Origin: Octopus bimaculoides
Lineage: Eukaryota
Assembly: GCF_001194135.2 (NCBI RefSeq)
Contig: NC_068992.1
Coordinates: 60,305,115-60,369,114 of the forward strand
Reading direction: 5' to 3'
DNA length: 64,000 nt
Below the pieces are notes generated by a model. That model saw only the letters and a list, made by a program, of their open reading frames with translations, was not told the origin of the DNA and ran no database searches. Position 1 is the first letter of the stretch. Each line of letters begins with the position of its first letter. Positions 24,913-37,119 of this stretch are shown one piece after another. The position numbers were made by a program, and so were the translations under genes.

Positions 24913-26499
24913 CATTAATTCAGAAACAATATTAACTGATACTCTTCGTGGAAATTCCGCGAGGATTTTGACAATTATGAGATTTTTGCATTTTTTTTTT
25001 TTTGATTTTAAGAATCCATGCTGGTCAGTTAGTATACTTCGTTCCCTAAGACCGAGTTTATTTCTTTGAATTTAACTTTCAATACCACAAAACTATTCCG
25101 CGATGGACCACGTATGTAATGCTTTAAACAAATGCAATTGTAACTATGGAACGAAATCGAACACATAGTCAATGTATAATATCATTGCGGTACGATACTT
25201 CCCCGTTGATAGAGCCTTAACAAATGTTAATGTGCTGTGTTTTTCTCCCTCCTTATTTATGCATTGGACAAAAGTGAAACCACAATCCCAGTGAACAGAG
25301 TAACGTCGGTGCTCCACTAAACCGTACATTTTGAAATAGAATATGAAAAGTAATAAACATATAGTTTTCAAAAAAGTACTCGTGGAATCATCACGGACAC
25401 TCTTAATTAAATTTCATTACATCTTTATTTTCAAATTAGAGGAAAGTGTATATGACCAGAATTGAACACACAGTCCCAATTGAACGAGCTGATCCACTGA
25501 ACCGTGGATTTTAAAATCAAATGAAGAACTAGCAATCTCATTTCTCTTCAAAATAATCATGAAATTTTCACGTACACTGTTAATGAAAGTAAAATATAAA
25601 ATATATGACTAGTTTGTTGAACATGACTGAATACCGAAGTAAAAGTATTTAAATTAGTTTCTCAACATTTTGTATTTTAATTTCGTCGAAGTGAATTTTG
25701 CATCATTTTATCAGTTTGAGTTCCATAATATAGCTTTTGGTAACACACTGGTTTTAATTTAAGTAACACTATACGCCTCAAGACAACAAGAAACGCATTG
25801 CCCAAAGAAGAATCCCAACTCCTGCAGATGGTGACATTATAAAGATTGAAGAAGCCGGTTAACTTTTCCACATTGCAATTAGTAATTCGATATTAGACAA
25901 CAAAACGATAACAAATTTTTTAAAAAATCTGATAATCTACTCGTTTTACATGTCAACAAATATAAATCCAAAAGTTTCAAAATTATGTCATATTACAAAA
26001 ACAAAGATTTTAATGAAGAATATTTTAAGCACTTTTTTTCCTTCTTGATTCGGAATCTTGTGTAAACAGAAATTTTATTAGAATAACAGTTTGGATTGTA
26101 TAAACTAAATCTAGCGACTGTTTAAACACTTCTAAGCTGAAAACACCGCAGCAAGTAGAATTCCATAACATACTAGGAGCGAATAGAGAAATTATCAGTA
26201 TAAAAATGTCAATATTGGATAAGGCTGTAGTGTTTAGGAAGGTGTCGGCGAAATGTTATCAATGCTTTTCAGAGAACCTACATATTTAGTCAAAACTGAT
26301 ACGGCACAGAAAAACTCGTGATTTGTTAAAATATACTAAAGAGAAACCATTTCACGACGACTGAGCTGTGATCACGATTATAGCACTTAGATATCGGATA
26401 AATTAGTTCACCCAGATTTTAAGAGTTATTATGCGCTAAGGACGACTCACCGGCATTATATGTGTGATAAAATGATTGGTGTGTCGGTTATGGACGTTA

Positions 26500-26700
26500 C
26501 TGCTATTGTATTAGCACAAGATAAACTATTCTCAAACAGATATATTATCAAAGGCGTTTCAATTGTGAACCATCCTTTTTTGTGTCTTATCGAGAACTAC
26601 ATTGTTTAATTTATACTTCGTTATATAATAGGATATGATGTAAATTCCGGGAAATTTGGTTGCTATTAACAGATATTGGACTGACTATATATGAGTGTGG
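26500..26700 (+). repeat. Unclassified old interspersed repeat; related pieces near 42165-42235, 57700-57735 and 57950-58020
   Basis: Shared motifs atcaaaggcgttyca...accatc and ggytgctatt(tctagc) recur at these sites, some in reverse orientation. Confidence 0.35.
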
Positions 26701-27568
26701 TTCAATTGTTGACTCGTCATGGATGTTGTTTCGATCAGTGCTGTGTTAAAATATGGCCTATACGTGCAGACAGGTACAGTCAAAAGTGATTACCCCCAGG
26801 ATACTGCACTAAGACACAATCTTCACCGACATCTCTACACTCTAGGTTGTCGCTCGATCTACAAGAAGTACGCATTGTTTAATAAAGTACGGTGAAAGTC
26901 GCTTGTTGCAACAAACAAAAACGAGAATACAAAAGAAAAGGATGCGAGGTTCACTGTGGGAGTGTCATTGATACTACAAAAAGGTCGTCTGACCACATTT
27001 TGATATAACCTAGAGCTGAGCTAAACATCAACAGAGAGTAAACATTATCAAAAAGCAACGGTTTGTGGTTCGTATTTCTTACACCAATGCGATCAATTCT
27101 CAATGCTATACGTAAAGGCAAAGTTAATGTTTATATGTTGGGTACGAAACTATTCTCACTGGAACAAACAATTATATATATATGTGTATGTATGTATGTA
27201 TAAATAAGTAAACAAGTAAATAAAAGTATAAAATAAATGTAAAGAACAATGTTTCGACTTGCTGAGATCAGCGCCGATCCAAACACTGATCGTTGGAAAA
27301 CATTTACGCGTGGTATTTAGCTTGTCAGGGTTAATAATGTCAACCATGCATAGATGATTATATTAATATAATATGATCATGCAGTCGCTCAGCTGAGTAA
27401 AGTAGAGTTTAATCAATTAAGTAATTAATTATTTAAATATTAACCTCCACAAAACTATTGAACTTAAGATGATATTATGCCAATTGCTACAACTTCAAAA
27501 TGTTATTTTAATCACGTGCAGTATTGTATTGCATAGTGTATATGGGTGTTTATATGTATGTATGTATG

Positions 27569-27625
<57 letters not shown>

Positions 27626-27636
27626 GTTTGTATATA

Positions 27637-28889
27637 CAGGGGTTGGACAAAATAATGGAAACACCTAGCATCATAGCATCATAATTTTGAAATATCTATA
27701 AAACCGTCAAAAGCTTGTTTATTTTGTTTTTTATTATTATTTATTATTAGTGTTGCTTAATATGTTTTGCTAAAATAGCTGTTCTTATCAGATATCATCA
27801 GAAAAATGTAATTAAAATTCATTAAAATGGCAGATCTATCGGACTTTCAAAGCGGTCAAATTGTTGGTGCTCTCTCGGCAGGCGCTAGCGTAAGGAAAAC
27901 AACCGAAATGTTTGGTGTATCAAGAAGTACCGTCTCGAAATGACAGCCTTTGATAAAGAGGGGAAAACCTCATCGTTGAAACAAAACTCTGGAAGAAAAC
28001 CAAAACTTTCATATAGGGACCGTCGGACACGTAAGCGAATTGTTAGAAAGGATCACAAAAGTACAGCCCCCAAAATTACTGCAGAGCTTAATGACCACCT
28101 CGAGAATTCAGTTTCACAAAAACTGTCCGCCAGGAGCTGGACAAAGCTAGATTTAACGGGAGGGCTGCAATCAGAAAAACACTACTTTTAAAAACAAACG
28201 TTGCAAAGCGCTTAGAGTGGAGTAAAAACCTACAGAACTTGTCCCTAGAGGAATGGAAGAATGTTATTTTCTCGGACGAGTCATTCTTTACCTTATTTCC
28301 GACTACCGGCGGAGTATATGTACGAAGACAGCCAAAAGAACCATTTGACCCAGACTGTCTTCTTCCAGTTGTTAAACATGGAGAAGGATCTGTGTTGATA
28401 TGGGGTGCTATATCTTGGAAATCCGCCGGCCTAATGGTTTTCCTTCATGGCAGAATTAATAGCCAAGACTATTTAAGCATTTTAAATGATCAAATTCATC
28501 CTATGCGAAACATTCTAGTGAAGTTGAACATCTTATCTGGCCACCACAGTCCCTAGATCTCAATATTATTGAACATTTACGGTACATTTTAGAAAAAGAA
28601 GTACGGAATCGATATCCTCCACCATTATGACAACAAGAACTGCAGACTGTTTTAGATGAAGAATGGACAAAAATTCTTTTGGAAACAATTCAAACTTTGT
28701 ACGAGTCAATACCTCGTAGAATTCAAGCTGTAATCATTATCGTAGGCGGTCCTACCCCATATTAAAATTTACTTTTGTTTGAAATTTTAAGGTGTTTCCA
28801 NNNNNNNNNNCGTAGGCGGTCCTACCCCATATTAAAATTTACTTTTGTTTGAAATTTTAAGGTGTTTCCATTAATTTGTCCAACCCCTG
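27637..28889 (+). mobile_element. Tc1-family (DD34E-type) DNA transposon, near full length, defective
   Basis: 30-bp TIRs caggggttggacaaaataatggaaacacct, 29/30 identical, flanked by TA. Transposase relic from ATG 27827 (MADLSDFQ...GRKPKLS) through VIFSDES and KHGEGSVLIWG to WPPQSLDLNIIE and GGPTPY* at 28765. Frameshifts, plus a deletion removing the FQxDNA second aspartate. Confidence 0.95.
28741..28870. other. Assembly artefact: 60-bp exact duplication across a 10-N gap
   Basis: 28741-28800 is identical to 28811-28870 (unmerged contig overlap). Confidence 0.9.
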
Positions 28890-28903
28890 TATGTCTGTGT
28901 GTG

Positions 28904-28929
<26 letters not shown>

Positions 28930-28936
<7 letters not shown>

Positions 28937-29119
28937 CACCCCACCATCGCTTGACGACTGATGTTGGTGTGTTTACGTCCCCGAAAAACAGCTGTTCGGC
29001 AAAAGAGACTGATAGAATAAATACTAGTCTTACAAAGAATAGTCCTGGTGTTGATTTATTCGACTAAAGGCAGTGCTCCATCATGGCAGCACTCAAATGA
29101 CTGAAACAAGTAAAAGAAT
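28930..29119 (+). mobile_element. SINE family B 3' module only
   Basis: ccccaccatcgcttgac...gttcggcaaaagagactgatagaataaatactag...aaatgactgaaacaagtaaaagaata. Confidence 0.9.
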
Positions 29120-29237
29120 ATGACATTTTGAACTTAATTCAAGGATTCCCAGTACGACCTTTGTGAATCACCAGGGGTCCGCCGGACCCTAGGCTGGGAA
29201 CCACCGCTTTAGTAGAAGACAATTGTTCATGTAACCG

Positions 29238-29298
29238 TATTGTGTGACTGAACCGGAAACCATATGGCTGCGGAGAGAACTTCTTAACCACTCAACCG
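29238..29298 (-). mobile_element. SINE family B head fragment
   Basis: gactgaaccggaaaccatatggctg...aacttcttaaccact. Confidence 0.65.
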
Positions 29299-29334
29299 AC
29301 AAAAGTAAGCATACACAAACACACGGACAACCTT

Positions 29335-29387
<53 letters not shown>

Positions 29388-31063
29388 TTATCTATCTGTA
29401 AACACGTTTCACAGAATGCGTGCAATAACAAGTAGCCAATCAGCATGGGTTATATTCACGCTTCGTCATCTCCTTTACTGACTTATTCTAGCGGGAGATG
29501 GTGACGTATACATCATTATTAAATAAATATGGCTCTAAGTGAGTTTCCAGGAAGCGAACAGGTGAAGTGGATTCTTACAAATATAACAACACTATTTTGT
29601 CACGGATGAAATAGCAATTCGCTCCCTGTTTGTTGCGCTTGTCAGTTTTTCAACACTTGTCCAAATCTTTAATCAACTCATATTCGAGACATGTCTAAGT
29701 AAATATTTTTAGGCGAATCAAGCCATTATTTCAGATAAGGAAATAGCGTTTTGTAAGATTTCAATAGCAAGCTTTGTGATTTAGGATGTTTGTGATCGAT
29801 AGAGAAATAATTAGATAGTTAAAGTCGTACACAGAAAATACACATGCATTTATACAAACATAACTGCCTACCTACCTACCTACCTACCTACCTACATACA
29901 TACATACGTACATACACACACACATGTACGTTTGCATAAATAATACACACAGACACATATGGGTTTTCTATGGTTAAATAATTAAGCTGTTCGCTTCGTC
30001 ACTGCGGCGCCTCGAGTTCAATCCCATGGCGTGGTATTCTGGGTAATTGTTTTTTATTTTTATTTTTGCACCGCAAAAAGATTGGAGCAAAAGGGGCGTA
30101 TCATTGATGAAGTTGCGAATATTGACGAAAGAACTGAGAAATCTAACTGATTGATCGACACAACAATTAATTAAACAATTGATTAGATAATTGGTTAAAA
30201 GTTAACGAAATGAATTGACTAATAACAATAAAAGAGATGCAATAGAACCAATGCGCGTGTTCCTTTTAGGCACAATGACCCTCCCAAAAAACAACAAAGG
30301 CGACCCATATTTTGTGAGTGAAATTAAGTAGACGGAAACTACACAGAAATCATTCGGGTAGATTGTACATACAACTCAAAAGGTACAGCCTTGTCGCACA
30401 CGCTTTAATTCTATTATGAGAATTACATTAAAGGTGCAGACGCCTGCGAGATACTCTGCCACTTACTAATTGAATGAGCAGGTACTTCAGTTGATCGAAC
30501 AAGTGGACACACATCTAGCTTTCGTGAAAAAGTACTTTCGATTTAGCTTAGAAGCTCCAAGTTATTCGATACTGATGAGAGAAAATCATGTCGAAACGCC
30601 ATGTCTGGTGATCCGACGGTATTTTCAGAGGTTTCGTTAAGACAAAATAGTATATCAAATGCGTTTTCACGCTTTATACATATCATATATGTTATACAGA
30701 CAGGCATTTTACTTCTTATTTGTAATGGTGCATGCAACGGTATTTACCCGGGGTGGCTGAGCCGACTCCGATCAAAGAGTTCACCACATCACTCGCGAAT
30801 CTTGAAGGTAAAGTGACGCTTCTGCATTCCGCCACAAAATTCGGCTTGCAAATTTGACAAATGAGGCATTGAGAACGTAAGAGCATCGGAAAGCACCGAC
30901 ACCGTGACAATAGTTGTCATTTGTTGTTGACGTGTAGGGATTATGTTAGAACTGCCAAACAGGCATTTCAAGTTTAGACTGTTTCAAATTCGTACATTAA
31001 CTGAATATTCCTTGCAGAATCCGAGGGAAAACGTCTTAGCCCTGCAGCTGCTGAGCTCACCAG

Positions 31064-31118
<55 letters not shown>

Positions 31119-31535
31119 TGCATGTATGTATGTATGTATGTATGTATGTATGTATGTGTGTGTGTATGTATGTATGTGTGTGTGTATCTCCCTCCCCCTT
31201 CTCCCTCTCTTGCTTGTCTATCAATATTTGAAACAAAAATGAGCTGAGGGGAATAATTAATGGGGCTAGCGGCCTGTATTTGTACAACAAAAACAAATAA
31301 GGGTTTATTGCATAAGAGACCAGATAATTTTTTTGCCGTATTGAAACTATCTCCTCTTTCAGGGGCAAGACAGAACAATCGCTTTTGGCAGCTGGTGCCA
31401 ACTGCAGACGTGTATAGGAGATAATCCTAAGAATAAAAATACGTTAAAACTGATATTTCATTAAGCGAATACAGTGTCACATCATTTTATGTATGCATGT
31501 AAGAGTGTATGTATGTGTGTGTGTGTGTGTGTTAG

Positions 31536-31566
<31 letters not shown>

Positions 31567-32756
31567 GTGTGTGTGTCTCAATAAATATATGATAACTGGA
31601 AACCAGATCCTCATGAAAACAAGTAAATACTTCTAGCGTAAAAGTATGTTTACAGGACATAAGCGAAATATATTATCTCTCTCAGAAGTATTCATGATTG
31701 AAAATATCTTATGCTTAAGTTTCTTTACCAGAGCAAAACATAAACTTGGCTATACTCACAAATATACATACGCATACAAACATATATATTACATACATGC
31801 ATACATATATACATATATGTATATATATATATGTATNNNNNNNNNNNNNNNNNNNNNNNNNNNNNNNNNNNNNNNNNNNNNNNNNNNNNNNNNNNNNNNN
31901 NNNNNNNNNNNNNNNNNNNNNNNNNNNNNNNNNNNNNNNNNNNNNNNNNNNNNNNNNNNNNNNNNNNNNNNNNNNNNNNNNNNNNNNNNNNNNNNNNNNN
32001 NNNNNNNNNNNNNNNNNNNNNNNNNNNNNNNNNNNNNNNNNNNNNNNNNNNNNNNNNNNNNNNNNNNNNNNNNNNNNNNNNNNNNNNNNNNNNNNNNNNN
32101 NNNNNNNNNNNNNNNNNNNNNNNNNNNNNNNNNNNNNNNNNNNNNNNNNNNNNNNNNNNNNNNNNNNNNNNNNNNNNNNNNNNNNNNNNNNNNNNNNNNN
32201 NNNNNNNNNNNNNNNNNNNNNNNNNNNNNNNNNNNNNNNNNNNNNNNNNNNNNNNNNNNNNNNNNNNNNNNNNNNNNNNNNGTATGTATTTGGTGCAGTG
32301 CAGCGACTGCGTAAATATGTTCAACATTACTCACGGTTTCATGAGTTGTGATCAACTAGGAACTTTATTACGTACTCCACAAAAGAAGTTAACGCTCAAT
32401 TTGAGGCGAAGTTAAATGATATAACCATATTGATTTTTCTAGTTCGATAAAGAAATTTCTGGTACGTCGACAGTATTTCGTTCCAACGCAGTATAAACTG
32501 TACTATTAAACGGTACTACAGTTAAATGTTTATAGATTTTAGCCAACGTCGCATGTGAAGACTGATGCAAAAGAAAAAGGCAAAAAAAGAAAAAAAAGTA
32601 AAAGAAAAGATCTTTTATGTAGGTAAAGTTTTAGTGCATATTGTTTGTCCTCTGTCCTGTGTTTGACTTTGAACTGCATCGGACAGTGGAGCCCTGTTTG
32701 GGATGTTCTGGGGTATTGAGGAGTGGGAAGACACCTTTTAGTCTATAATGTAACAA

Positions 32757-33054
32757 GTTCTACTCTTTTACTTGTTTCAGTCATTTGACTGCGGCCAATT
32801 CTGGAGCACCACTTTAGTCGTGTAAGTCGACCCCAGAACTTATTCTATTGGTCTTTTTTGCGGAACCGCTATGTTACAGAGACGTAAACACACCAGCATC
32901 GGTTGTCAAGCGNNNNNNNNNNGGGCTTCTTTCAGTTTCCGTCTACTAAATCCACTCACAAGGCTTTTGTCGTCCCGAGGTTATAGTAGAAGATACCTAC
33001 CGGAACCATGTGGTTGGTAAGCAAGCTACTACACCACATGGCCACTCCTGCGCC
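32757..33054 (-). mobile_element. SINE family B, near full length, spans a 10-N gap
   Basis: ttacttgtttcagtcatttgactgcggcc...gtcgaccccagaacttattc...gggcttctttcagtttccgtctactaaatccactcacaagg...actcctgcgcct. Confidence 0.92.
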
Positions 33055-33493
33055 TATATATATATAAATGTGTGTGTGTGTTTGTGATTGCTTTCTTTTT
33101 GATATTCTGAAGAGATTTGCCCGATATGCTAAAAACAATAGCGACATCTTCCTGACATGCTTTTGAAAGTTGTGGAACACCTGTTTTTATCTTAAGTCAA
33201 CCGTGATTCTTAGTAAATCTAAACGTGTTAGCGGTGTGCATACGGTTGTTTAGGATTACATTATCCAATGTGTCTTTTTTTTTGTTTAAAATGTTAAGTT
33301 ACAGTTTGAGGGTGGATTGCCTGCTGCTTCTATGTGGTCGATTGACTTTTTGTAGGCTTTTGTTGTTGACTGGAATCATCCTTGGCAAGATTTCGTTATG
33401 GCTCATTACATTCCAAGTTCAATCCTCGTCAAAGTCGAATATGACTTTCATTAAGAGGAATCAATGAAAATTAATTACTACTCAACTGACGGG

Positions 33494-33755
33494 TGGTGTT
33501 GAATGGTGGTGGTGGTGGTGGTGGTGGTGGTGGTGGTTGTGGTGGTGATGTCGTTGATGGTGGTGATGATGGTGATAGTAATCACAGGGGTGTTCGTGAT
33601 GGTAGTGGTTGTGGCGAAGGTGGTGGTAGTGGTAGTGGTAGTGGGGATGTTGACGATAGTGATGATGGTGGTTTGTCGTGATGGTGATGGTATTCGAGGT
33701 GGTGTTGATGATGGTGAAGGCGGTGTTGATGGAGGTGGTGATGGTGGTGGATTAA
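33494..33755. repeat. (GGT)/(GAT) low-complexity tract
   Basis: Read directly; source of the poly-G/poly-V pseudo-ORFs. Confidence 0.93.
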
Positions 33756-34118
33756 GCGATTATATTCTCACCACCCCGAAATCATTATCACTGACCGTAC
33801 TAATTATGCTTTCTTTTGATTGGACACGGGGCTAATTTTCGTAACGATTATGTAGACACTGGAATAGATTACATAGGTTAGAGAAATGGTAAGTGTTCAG
33901 AACTGTGCAACACCGAACAATATAACTTCAAAGGATAGTTTTCGACGCTCTACAGTCGTGGCTAATTACAAACACACGAACCATGTCTAACAAAGTAAAT
34001 TTATCACAAACTAAAGTGTTACTTTAGTAATTACAGCAATGAATATTTAGAATAAGTGTACCATAGACAGATAAAGAAAGAGAGGAAAGAGGGGACAGAG
34101 AGGGAGAAAGAGAGGGAA

Positions 34119-34162
<44 letters not shown>

Positions 34163-34300
34163 GTATGAGGTTTGTTAATAGTGTTTCGATTGACCAGACG
34201 ACTATCAACGGTAGTGTATTGTTTTCATGATCTGGACATTTTGTGTCCTTGATCTGGACTTAAGCGCCTAACGTTTACAGTACACACAGACGCTCTAGAC

Positions 34301-34598
34301 CAGGGGTTTTCAAACTGTTTAACTTGCGGACTCCTTTATATTTCAGGCTTTACCTTAGGGACCCCCTTATAAACGCTTATGAAATTTATACATAAATATT
34401 TGCTTAAAATAACATATATTTTTACATTTATTTATTCAACTGTATTTAACAAATAGGTTTATTGTCAATTAAAAGATTTCGATTAAAAAAACATATATAA
34501 AATCAAATTGCCCATAAAAAGTATTTGCAGTCCACGGACCCCCTGTCTTGTCCTTGCGGACCCCCTGTGGTCCGGGGACCACAGTTTGAAAACCCCTG
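34301..34598. mobile_element. hAT (Charlie/MER5-like) MITE
   Basis: Perfect 16-bp TIRs caggggttttcaaact/agtttgaaaacccctg. Perfect 8-bp TSD CTCTAGAC at 34293-34300 and 34599-34606, matching the known nTCTAGAn preference of hAT-Charlie. Confidence 0.95.
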
Positions 34599-34734
34599 CT
34601 CTAGACTATATAAATAAAGAGAAAGAATAAGTAAATTTGGAAAATAAAGTCACAGTAAAACCAAGAACTTCCGAAACACTGAGCAGAAGTCGTTCCTTAG
34701 TACACTGCGGTTCTGTCACACTAACATGCTTGCC

Positions 34735-35135
34735 AAGGCGGTGAGCTGGCAGAAATGTTAGGACGCCGGACGAAATGCTTAGCGGTTTTTCGTTTGTCTT
34801 TAGTTCTGAATTCAAATTCCGCCGAGGTCGACTTTGCCTTTCATCCTTTCGGGGTCGATAAATTAAGTACCAGTTACGCACTGGGGTCGATGTAATCGAC
34901 TTAATCCGTTCGTCTGTTCTTGTTTGTTCCCTCTACGTTTAGCCCCTTGTGGGCAATAACGAAATAGGTATTTCGTCTGTCTTTAGTTCTGAATTCAAAT
35001 TCCACCGAGGTCGACTTCGGCTTTCATCCTTTTGGTGTCGATAAATTAAGTACCAGTTGCATACTGGGGTCGATCTAATCGACTGGTCCACTCCCCCAAA
35101 ATTTCGGGCCTTGTGCCTAGAGTGGAAAAGAATAA
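34735..35135 (+). mobile_element. SINE family A tandem: full copy with tail type 2, then a 5'-truncated copy with tail type 1
   Basis: Unit 1 is 34735-34967 and ends ...agccccttgtgggcaataacgaaata. Unit 2 is 34967-35135 and ends ...aaaatttcgggccttgtgcctagagtggaaaagaata. Confidence 0.93.
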
Positions 35136-36617
35136 CTGTCAAACCGCTGCTACAATGGCTTCTCGCAGCTCACTGGGCTCATGTTGTCCCTACCCAGGCC
35201 CTTGCGATGTACTTGTTTCTCTTCTTCTCATCACCCACATTCTGTCCACTTCACTCATGATCCTGCACTAATTAATTCTTTTAGTTCGTCCATCCCAGAG
35301 CATTACTACGCTGGAATTTTTTTCAGACCCGTGTTGTTTTCATTGTTTTCCCATTCAGCCGTCAACTAGTACTTACTTAAAGACATCATTAACCACGTTG
35401 GTTTCTCTAAAGTCCCGCAGAGACCATGGACTTAGCTCTGTCTACTAGACCGAACAATTCATACACAAACTTAAAAGTAAGGCTCAATTCACCTCGCTGT
35501 ATCTAAGTCTACGTTTTGATGGTATAATTACTGACAGTAAACAGGGGCAGCATAGTGAAAGATTACGAGTGTTTTGTTAGGTTACAGTTTCGATTTGAAA
35601 ATCTTCCTCAGGTTTGCGCGAGAAAAGGCAGAGTTGATAATGTGACCGATTCTGTTGCAGTACTCCCAGGATCTCCCTTATATGGTCTAATAATTGAACT
35701 TTGCCACGAAGAAATCAAATCTCTAGATTATATTAATTCATGAAAATTTGATCTACAACAGACCTAGACCGGAGACCGGACGTCTAAACCCAGCCCAGCC
35801 TTTATTTCGAGCAGACGTATCTTCAAAGGCACTTTTTCTCTTTTTTTATCCCACGCATTTAGAACTGCATTCACCAATGTAATTTTTGTTAAAAATAAAA
35901 AAATAAAAATAATATGTAATTTTCCCCAAATGACGAAGACAATTAAGAAAACGAGCATTTATCGTTCATCGAAAATCAAGCAGTTAATAGACGAAAATCA
36001 CATATCTAGTGTCACGGAATTTCCGAAGAAAGTGTAACGACACGAAATCAGTTAATTTCTGCATGTAAAAGAAAAACAAATTATTAGGAAAATTAAAACT
36101 AAGTCTTCATACTGATATGAAAAGTGATGACTTCACGATATTGGTGTTTCTCAACACCAAATAACTAATTTAAAAAATGCAAATTGGTGTATTCGGTTGC
36201 CCTCAAGCACAATTTGAGGAAAAGCTAAGTGAACAGGACTGTGGAGTTCTCTAACTCAAACTAACCAGTAATCTTCCATATTTATTTTCGTTGCTTATTT
36301 TCTTTACTATATTTTGTTTTAATAATTGTTTTTTCTTTTGTGCAGTTTTAATTACTTGCGTGTAAATATGCGTTAATGTAATGCTTACAAATGTGTGTGT
36401 ATGAATATATGCACACATATGTGTATAAGTACAAAGGTGTGTGTGCGTACGTGCAGTTATGGTTATGTATGTGCATCTTCAAAGTTCTTACAGTCTGTAA
36501 ACGTGTTTTTTTCTTTCCACACTCTACGTTTCCGTTTTCTTTTTTGTCACTCCAAGTGAAGTTTCGCATCAATTATGTTTCTTGGAAACCTTGTGGCTAA
36601 TAAAGAAAACATCATCA

Positions 36618-36668
<51 letters not shown>

Positions 36669-37068
36669 GAAAAACGATGAGACGGCAAAATCGTTAGCAT
36701 GACAGTCAAAATGTTTAACAATATTTCATCCATCTTTACGTTCTGAGTTCAAATTCCGCCGAGGTTAACTTTGCTTGTATCCTTTCGGAGTAGATGAAAT
36801 AAGTACCAGTTGAGCACTGGGGTCGATCTAATCGATTTACGCCCTCCCTAACATTTCAGGTCTTGTGCCCTGAGTAGAAAGGGTGAGCTAGTAGAATCGT
36901 TAGCACGCCGCGCAAACTTCTTAGCAGCATTTCGTCCCTCTTTACTTTCTCAGTTCAAATTCCGCCGAGGTCGACAAGCTCGATAAAATAAATACCAGAT
37001 GAGTCCTCGGGTCGATGTAATCGACTAGCCCCCTTCCCCAAAATTTTAGGCCTTGTGCCTATAGTGGA

Positions 37069-37119
<51 letters not shown>

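Noticed and set aside
28741-28870. 60-bp direct repeat at the Tc1 3' end
   Set aside because: It is an exact duplicate flanking a 10-N gap, i.e. an unmerged contig overlap.
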